Shown here: positions 58,001 to 64,000 of the stretch, in pieces
How the letters are laid out: each line of letters starts with the position of its first letter
Numbering within the stretch: position 1 is the stretch's first letter
Assembly (NCBI GenBank): GCA_964414795.1
Contig: CAYPWV010000005.1
Coordinates: 4,336 to 68,335, forward strand
Origin: an uncultured Gammaproteobacteria bacterium
Lineage (GTDB): Bacteria; Patescibacteriota; Patescibacteriia; UBA9934
Length of the DNA: 64,000 nt
Reading direction: 5' to 3'
Program-made: the position numbers and the translations under genes
Notes under the pieces: model-generated
Databases searched by the model: none
The model's input: only the letters and a program-made list of their open reading frames with translations
What the model was told of the DNA's origin: nothing

Positions 58001-58534
58001 ATGATATACAGCCTCGATTCTTGGAAAAAACTGCACTTCACGGTTTTTAGCGACGGAAATCGCGTCGTCAGTCAGCATTTTTCATTCGTTACGTCTCCTG
58101 GGGCGTTTGTTGTAGGAATTATTTTCTTGTGCATCTCAGTACTTGATCTTATTAGTTTTTTCGCTCAAAACGGACCAGAACCCCTTCTTATCATCGCACT
58201 CATCTTTATAGTCGCGGGTGCCGTGCTCACGATAAAAAGCAAAATCGCAAACAATGTCCGCAGAGAGCACGGTGGCATTCACCCCGACGACACACTTATT
58301 ATTCTCGACGCATCACATCAAACGGCAACAAAACAAAAAGGAAATAGCGAAGAACACGTCACTTCGTTCGCCGACATGCAACTTGTCTTGGGTTATTACG
58401 ACAGCAGAAAAACCACAAAACATCAGATTGATCTCATCTACCCCCAAGGAAAAGTGTGTCTAGTAAGTACAAACAATCGAGCACTCGCCGAAAAGCTCTT
58501 GCAAGAGATAAAAACAATACTCAACATCACCTAA
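58001..58534 (+). CDS. Hypothetical membrane protein
   Basis: 177-aa ORF with two TM helices, directly after tig. Confidence 0.65.
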   Translation: MIYSLDSWKKLHFTVFSDGNRVVSQHFSFVTSPGAFVVGIIFLCISVLDLISFFAQNGPEPLLIIALIFIVAGAVLTIKSKIANNVRREHGGIHPDDTLIILDASHQTATKQKGNSEEHVTSFADMQLVLGYYDSRKTTKHQIDLIYPQGKVCLVSTNNRALAEKLLQEIKTILNIT

Positions 58535-58560
58535 AACAAGAGAATCAACAAAAACACCTC

Positions 58561-58902
58561 TCATTTTCTCGAGAGGTATCTTTCTATCACGCACATTTCA
58601 TTCCCACAAAAAGCAAAAGCGCACCCAGAGCGGCCGGTCTCCAGGTGGAGGCTTTGCCGCGCATGATGCGCTACGGTGAATCTTGTTGGGATACCAAGGA
58701 TACAGGCCTTCATCTTCTCCATATCGTAACCAAACACGTGGAGAAGCACGAGCGCACGGTGCTGCGACGCAAATCCCATGATTATCCTAATTTCGCCGCC
58801 GTCCTTAATAGCGACGAATTTGAGAACAGTCGACTCGTCTTCATGAACCCGCTGAATACCGACGTCTTTTGAAAACCCTGCGATCCGTACGGTGATTTTC
58901 AT
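58561..58902 (-). CDS. Hypothetical protein
   Basis: GGAGG RBS before the ATG, and an upstream TTGTAC-16-TATATT. Confidence 0.5.
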   Translation of the reverse strand: MKITVRIAGFSKDVGIQRVHEDESTVLKFVAIKDGGEIRIIMGFASQHRALVLLHVFGYDMEKMKACILGIPTRFTVAHHARQSLHLETGRSGCAFAFCGNEMCVIERYLSRK

Positions 58903-59016
58903 TGGCTAATCCTCCGGCAAGAAATATACAGAAAAAACATGTGCGTACAATTTTTCATAAAAATACTGTCGGGGAATTTCAGAAAAGTCTGAGAAGTGGT
59001 AAACTTTATTACAAGT

Positions 59017-59517
59017 ATGGACAATCTTCTCCCTTCGGAAATTATTGAAGATAGAATTTACGTTTTTAGAGGAAAGAAGGTGATGCTCGACCGTGATCTT
59101 GCAAGATTATATGGGGTCGAAACAATGCGATTAAATGAGGCTGTTCGTCGAAATGCCGCCCGTTTTCCTGAAGAGTTTTCGTTTCAACTCACCAAAGAAG
59201 AATTTGCAAACTTGATATCGCAAATTGCGATATCAAGTTGGGGAGGAAGACGACACTCGCCACATGTATTTACAGAGTATGGAATCGCAATGCTCTCTGG
59301 TCTTCTTAAGAGTAAAAAGGCAATCACAATTAATATACAAATTATCAAAACCTTTATTCATCTCAGAGATCTTGCCCTAGAAAACACGAATATTCAAAGA
59401 AAAATTGAGATGCTAGAAAAACATTACGATGAACAGTTTAAAATTGTCTTTGATGCATTGCGTCGAATGATGACCGAGGAGGAGGAAAAACCAAAAATAG
59501 AATTTACAAAAAATTAA
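59017..59517 (+). CDS. ORF6N domain DNA-binding protein
   Basis: RGKKVMLDRDLARLYGV...RNAARFPEEFSFQL...FTEYGIAMLS. Confidence 0.93.
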   Translation: MDNLLPSEIIEDRIYVFRGKKVMLDRDLARLYGVETMRLNEAVRRNAARFPEEFSFQLTKEEFANLISQIAISSWGGRRHSPHVFTEYGIAMLSGLLKSKKAITINIQIIKTFIHLRDLALENTNIQRKIEMLEKHYDEQFKIVFDALRRMMTEEEEKPKIEFTKN

Positions 59518-59526
59518 CTCTATTTT

Positions 59527-60375
59527 ATGCGATTTGGAGCACATGTTTCTGCGGCAGGCGGACTTTGGAAGGCAGGAAAAGCGGGAAAGGAATTGGGATG
59601 CGAGGTCATTCAAATTTTTTCGCGATCGCCACAAACGTTCGCCGCAAAGCCCATAACCGATGAAGATGCGGAAAAGTTTCGTGCATCCATGAAAGAAAAC
59701 AACATTCAAGACGTGTATATTCACGCACCCTACATTATCAATCTTGCGTCCGGAAAAAATACCACACGCTTTGGCTCGGTAAAAATTCTTCGTGATGAAC
59801 TTGAACGAGGAACGCAACTTGGCGCAAAAGCCATTATGTTTCATCCAGGGTCTGCAAAAGAAGTAGGGCGCGAAGCGGGAATTGAAATGGTCACCAAAGG
59901 GCTTGATCGCATTATGGACGGATACGAGGGATCGTGTCAGTTGCTCATTGAAATTTCTGCGGGCGCAGGCGAAGTGATGGGCGATGAGTTTGAAGAAATT
60001 GCTGCATTCATCGACGGCGCTGAACGCGGAAAAGAAATTGGCGTGTGTTTTGATACACAGCATGCATTTGCATCAGGCTACGATCTGCGCACAAAAGAAG
60101 CTGTTGACGCAACATTCGAGGCTTTCGACGCAACAATTGGGCTCAAAAAGCTCGTTGCAAGCCATTGCAACGATTCAAGGGTAGAATTCGATGCACACAA
60201 AGATCGTCATCAGCATTTGGGACATGGATTTATCGGCGTCGACGCGTTCAAATACATTGTCGAACATCCAAAACTCCAGCACATTGATCTCATTCTCGAA
60301 ACGCCCTTTGACGGCGAAGAAGAGGTCGGGAGCCGAGAAGAGGATGTCGCCTTGCTCAAAAAGTATCGCGGATAA
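59527..60375 (+). CDS. nfo: Endonuclease IV
   Basis: GAHVS, HAPYIINL, HPG, DTQH, HCNDS, DRH and ILETP. Confidence 0.96.
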   Translation: MRFGAHVSAAGGLWKAGKAGKELGCEVIQIFSRSPQTFAAKPITDEDAEKFRASMKENNIQDVYIHAPYIINLASGKNTTRFGSVKILRDELERGTQLGAKAIMFHPGSAKEVGREAGIEMVTKGLDRIMDGYEGSCQLLIEISAGAGEVMGDEFEEIAAFIDGAERGKEIGVCFDTQHAFASGYDLRTKEAVDATFEAFDATIGLKKLVASHCNDSRVEFDAHKDRHQHLGHGFIGVDAFKYIVEHPKLQHIDLILETPFDGEEEVGSREEDVALLKKYRG

Positions 60376-60393
60376 TGGAGAAGAAATCCGTCT

Positions 60394-60615
60394 ATGAAAT
60401 TTTCCATCTCAGTAAAAACAAACGCAAAGCAAACAAGTATCACTCGCGTTTCGGATACGGAACTTTTCGCAGAAATCCATGCTCCGGCACAAGACGGAAA
60501 AGCAAATACAGCCCTCATAAAAGCACTGTCAATCTTCCTCAACGTTCCTCAAAAAAGAATATCAATAAAACATGGGGTAACAAACAAAAAGAAAATAATA
60601 GAAATTCTCTTCTAA
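60394..60615 (+). CDS. DUF167 (UPF0235/YggU) family protein
   Basis: VKTNAK...APAQDGKANTALIKALS...GVTNKKK. Confidence 0.88.
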   Translation: MKFSISVKTNAKQTSITRVSDTELFAEIHAPAQDGKANTALIKALSIFLNVPQKRISIKHGVTNKKKIIEILF

Positions 60616-60703
60616 AAAATGTGGATGAAAAGAAAATAAGAATGTGATAAGCTCATCTCATGCCGATATATTTTTTTTAGATTCACGGCGCTGTATAAAA
60701 TAT

Positions 60704-60976
60704 ATGCCTCTCACAAAAAATGATATTAAGCTCCTTAAGGAAGGCTTAAAAGATACTTTCGTAACGAAAGAAGATCTTATTCAGGCACTTTCAGATCAAA
60801 CACGCATCACCGTCGATATCATGCGCCAAGAAACGCATGCGATTATAAAAAGAGAACTACACCTAGCAAAGAAAGAAATCATCGATGAAATAAGTGATTT
60901 TATCGGCAACTCCCTCATTCCTCAGCTCGATAATCACGAAACACGGCTTACAAAGCTCGAATCGGTGCGCGTCTAG
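60704..60976 (+). CDS. Hypothetical coiled-coil protein
   Basis: [11 protein letters not shown]...FVTKEDL...HETRLTKLE. Confidence 0.65.
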   Translation: MPLTKNDIKLLKEGLKDTFVTKEDLIQALSDQTRITVDIMRQETHAIIKRELHLAKKEIIDEISDFIGNSLIPQLDNHETRLTKLESVRV

Positions 60977-61221
60977 GGTTCATCAACTCCCCCCGCCGAC
61001 CACGGATGACAACGCAAAACGCGCAAAATCGCCTTTGTATATCCCCGAACAACACCGTACTTTTTAATCGCGCGAATACCGTACTCAGAACAACTCGGAT
61101 AAAAACGACAATATCCATGCGGATAAAACACCTTCATAGGCCCATGGTCGTATGAAAGCGTTTTTTGATACAACAAAAGAGGAAGCGTAGCAATGAATCG
61201 AATCATGTCCCTGAGCGACAT
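60973..61221 (-). CDS. yidD: Membrane protein insertion efficiency factor YidD
   Basis: [10 protein letters not shown]...[14 protein letters not shown]. Confidence 0.95.
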   Translation of the reverse strand: MSLRDMIRFIATLPLLLYQKTLSYDHGPMKVFYPHGYCRFYPSCSEYGIRAIKKYGVVRGYTKAILRVLRCHPWSAGGVDEP

Positions 61222-61224
61222 ATA

Positions 61225-61566
61225 TTACGAAGAAAGCAACTTTGCTTTTGCGAAAGTTTTCAACAAACGATCCCGCATTTCTTGAAAAGAAAGCGTGAGA
61301 ACAGGCTTCGAAACAAGGAGTGCAATATCACATGCAGGAAGTTGCGGAATCACTTCTTTGCAAATTTCGCGATATTGTCTCCGTACTTTATTACGATCTA
61401 CCGCGCGCTTACTCACCTTTGTACTTACCACAATAACGAATCGCGGATTTCCTACCGTATTTGCTACAAACTTTACACCACACACCGCATCAAAAACGCC
61501 GCGCTTTGAACGCACGGCACGCATTACCTCTTTTTCAGATCGCAAACGATATTTTTGAGAAAACAT
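61225..61566 (-). CDS. rnpA: Ribonuclease P protein component
   Basis: YRL...VSTKVSKRAVDRNKVRR RNR motif. Confidence 0.93.
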   Translation of the reverse strand: MFSQKYRLRSEKEVMRAVRSKRGVFDAVCGVKFVANTVGNPRFVIVVSTKVSKRAVDRNKVRRQYREICKEVIPQLPACDIALLVSKPVLTLSFQEMRDRLLKTFAKAKLLSS

Positions 61567-61577
61567 ATACGCATGAT

Positions 61578-61643
61578 AACAAAATCCCGGCGTTGGTAGG
61601 GGCGGAAAATTTTCCGCCCGACAACACGCCGGGAATTTTGTTT
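61578..61643. terminator. Hairpin after rpmH with a REP in its loop
   Basis: AACAAAATCCCGGCGT...ACGCCGGGAATTTTGTT encloses GTAGGGGCGGAAAATTTTCCGCCC (61596-61619). Confidence 0.7.
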
Positions 61644-61796
61644 TTATCTAGGTCGCGCAGTAACCGTCAGGCGTTTTCGGCCCTTTACACGGCGGCGTTT
61701 AAGCACGTTGCGGCCGTCTTTGGTTTTCATGCGCGTCCGAAACCCATGAACCTTCGCGCGTCGGCGCTTCTTGGGTTGGTAGGTACGCTTTGGCAT
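61644..61796 (-). CDS. rpmH: 50S ribosomal protein L34
   Basis: Hand translation [50 protein letters not shown]. Confidence 0.97.
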   Translation of the reverse strand: MPKRTYQPKKRRRAKVHGFRTRMKTKDGRNVLKRRRVKGRKRLTVTARPR

Positions 61797-61874
61797 ATAA
61801 AAGTAAGCAGAGCATACGCCTCGATACCGCGGGTGTCAACTTCTTCGCTGAAATTCGCCAACCTTCTAAAAAAG

Positions 61875-61942
61875 TTATCCACACCTTATCCCTGCACAAC
61901 GTTTATTTCGCCAGTCTCTGCAGAATTGTACCCTGTGGATAA
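61875..61942. promoter_or_regulatory. DnaA boxes upstream of dnaA
   Basis: TTATCCACA (61875) and TGTGGATAA (61934). Confidence 0.8.
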
Positions 61943-61999
61943 AATGGGTATTATCCTCGCAGTCGTTCATACACCCGTGGGGTGATTAATCTCGTGCCT

Positions 62000-63382
62000 A
62001 TGAATACACACGAACTTTGGCAGGCAGTACTCGCAGATCTTGAGCTTAAGCTCAGCAGAGCAGCGTTCACCTCATGGCTGGTAAATACGTTTATCGCCGA
62101 ATATCGTATGGGCGATATTGTTATTGGAACACCAAACACCGTGCATTCTTCATGGCTTGAAAAGCGTCATCATAAAGACATCATCACTTCCCTAGAAAAC
62201 GTAACCAATCAACCGGTACGCAAACTGACGTATCGTGTAGAAACAAAAAACACCGGACCTCAGCCTGTCGTACTCGAACAACAACGCAACACCGCAGCAG
62301 ATCTTGGATTTACTACTACTGCAGGCATGGAGATTCCTCCTCCCACAGGAAACATCGCCATCAATCCACAACAAACCTTCGCAACATTTGTGGTAGGAAA
62401 ACAAAACGAACTTGCACACGCCGCATCTCAAGCCGTTGCCGCACATCCCGGAGGAACGTATAATCCACTCTTTATCTACGGAGGCGTCGGATTGGGAAAA
62501 ACACACTTGCTCCATGCAATCGCAAATGAGATCAGAAGAAAATGGCAAAACGCACGTATTATGTACGTAACGTGTGAGCACTTTACCAATGACTTCATTC
62601 ACTCAATTCGCTCCGGAAAAGGAAAAGACTTTAAAGATCGCTATCGCAACGTAGATCTTCTCTTAATCGACGACATTCAGTTCATCACCGGAAAAGAAGG
62701 AACACAGGAAGAATTTTTTCACACCTTCAACGCACTTCATCAAGACAATAGACAAATTGTCATTTCCTCAGATCGTCCGCCAAAATCTATTGCAGGCTTA
62801 GAAAAACGCCTCCAATCTCGTCTAGAATGGGGGATGCTTGTCGACGTTGGCACGCCCGACCTTGAAACACGCATCGCGATTCTGGAAAGAAAGTGCGTTG
62901 AGAAACAAACGCGTCTTTCTTCAGAAATCCTTCACTATATCGCCGCAAACATTGTTTCAAATGTGCGCGAGCTTGAAGGAGCGCTCAATAAAATCATGGC
63001 GGTACACGAATTCCGCAACATGGAGCCTACGCTCGAAACGGTAAAACCTATTGTCGCAAGCTTTGAATCGGAAAATATTAAGAAAACCGTTACGCCAAAA
63101 CAAGTCATTTCTATCGTCGCCGAGTACTTCGACATTAGCACCGATGAAGTCTTGGGAAAGAGTCGCGAAAAGCGTCTAGCTTTTCCACGCCAAATCATCA
63201 TGTATCTCCTTCGGGAAGAAATGGCCTCCTCCTATCCCACCATCGGAACCGAACTTGGGGGAAGGGATCACACCACCGCCATGCACGCCCATGGAAAAAT
63301 TAAGGATTTAGTAGAAAATGGCGAAGAAAAGCTGGTAAAAGACCTGGAACTCATTCGTCAGCGCCTGTACATCGGCGCCTAG
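62000..63382 (+). CDS. dnaA: Chromosomal replication initiator DnaA
   Basis: YNPLFIYGGVGLGKTHL, LLIDDIQF, NVRELEGAL and GGRDHTT. Confidence 0.99.
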   Translation: MNTHELWQAVLADLELKLSRAAFTSWLVNTFIAEYRMGDIVIGTPNTVHSSWLEKRHHKDIITSLENVTNQPVRKLTYRVETKNTGPQPVVLEQQRNTAADLGFTTTAGMEIPPPTGNIAINPQQTFATFVVGKQNELAHAASQAVAAHPGGTYNPLFIYGGVGLGKTHLLHAIANEIRRKWQNARIMYVTCEHFTNDFIHSIRSGKGKDFKDRYRNVDLLLIDDIQFITGKEGTQEEFFHTFNALHQDNRQIVISSDRPPKSIAGLEKRLQSRLEWGMLVDVGTPDLETRIAILERKCVEKQTRLSSEILHYIAANIVSNVRELEGALNKIMAVHEFRNMEPTLETVKPIVASFESENIKKTVTPKQVISIVAEYFDISTDEVLGKSREKRLAFPRQIIMYLLREEMASSYPTIGTELGGRDHTTAMHAHGKIKDLVENGEEKLVKDLELIRQRLYIGA

Positions 63383-63700
63383 TTATCCACAAGTTTTCCA
63401 CCTGTGGGTATAAGTGTTTGGTCTTTGTTCGTGTGCATACTATGCGGATAACCCTTGGGATAACTTGGGTGTAACCCTGTTGAAAAAATGCGGATAGAAG
63501 GGAGATAATTTTGTCAGTGTCAAAGAAGAATTCTTCGTCCACACGCTACACGCCCAATCCTCACCACACTGTCCACAGAAAACAAAACAAAACACTCCCA
63601 AAAACATTCATCCTTCCCCACTTATCCCAATCATCCACAGGCTTACTATTACTACCTGTCTTCTTTACTAAAAAATAAGTAACCTGTACTCATCCTTTCA
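63383..63700. other. Replication origin oriC (dnaA-dnaN intergenic)
   Basis: Multiple DnaA boxes (63383 onward). TCATCCACA-GGCT-TACTATTACTAC (63631-63655) is a box followed by DnaA-trios, as in the Bacillus basal unwinding system. Confidence 0.88.
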
Positions 63701-63717
63701 TCCTTGTCCTTCTTCTT

Positions 63718-64000
63718 GTGAAATTCTCCTGTACGAAAGATAACCTCCACCAAGGCCTCTCAGTTACCAGTCATATTAGCGGAAAAAGTGCCAATCTTCC
63801 CATTCTCAATAATATTCTCCTACAAGCGGATATTGGAGGTGTTCGATTAACCTCAACAAATCTCGACCTCACCATTTCCTGCATGATTCGTGCAAAGGTT
63901 GATCAACCAGGAAACTACACGCTTCCCGCAAAACTTCTTGCAGATTACGTAAGCCTTCTTCCTGATGAGCGCATTGATCTGGATCTTTTAGATACGTCAG
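63718..64000 (+). CDS. dnaN: DNA polymerase III beta clamp (5' partial)
   Basis: The GTG-started frame reads MKFSCTKDNL...NLPILNNILL...LTSTNLD...LPAKLLADYVSLLP, downstream of dnaA. Confidence 0.95.
   Translation, partial: MKFSCTKDNLHQGLSVTSHISGKSANLPILNNILLQADIGGVRLTSTNLDLTISCMIRAKVDQPGNYTLPAKLLADYVSLLPDERIDLDLLDTS

Noticed and set aside
1-64000. CRISPR array or cas genes
   Set aside because: No regularly spaced identical repeats with unique spacers and no Cas motifs. The repeats seen are dispersed palindromes or short periodic units.
1-64000. Alternative genetic code (UGA read-through as in Gracilibacteria)
   Set aside because: Conserved genes are full length under the standard bacterial code with no internal TGA.

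Overview
Origin-proximal 64 kb of a small-genome bacterium. The protein style and gene content suggest Patescibacteria/CPR, which is inference. Housekeeping genes: rpoC (partial), rpoB, recA, ftsK, efp/epmA, rpsF-ssb-rpsR, ychF, rmuC, rpsT, holA, polA, xerC/D, rpsO, pnp, lspA, comM, tig, nfo, yidD-rnpA-rpmH, dnaA, oriC and dnaN (partial). It also holds three tRNAs and a cluster of large surface-protein genes. The main accessory element is a type I restriction-modification island (about 10.1-19.0 kb). Two DUF3800 (RNase H-like) genes sit inside it. Each is followed by a convergent, structured non-coding RNA candidate with its own sigma70-like promoter and 3' end, and both RNAs fold as a stem closing two hairpins. 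This is the best candidate for an undescribed protein-RNA system. Other signals: GTAG-type REP palindromes translated in-frame inside four proteins; a dispersed composite repeat with swapped internal palindromes; a shared GTTC-N7-GTTC motif upstream of recA and rmuC; a DnaA-box/parS cluster 25 kb from oriC; a MITE-like element; an unannotated HicB-like ORF; and self-contained orphan gene cassettes. All calls were made by eye, with no database searches or folding software.
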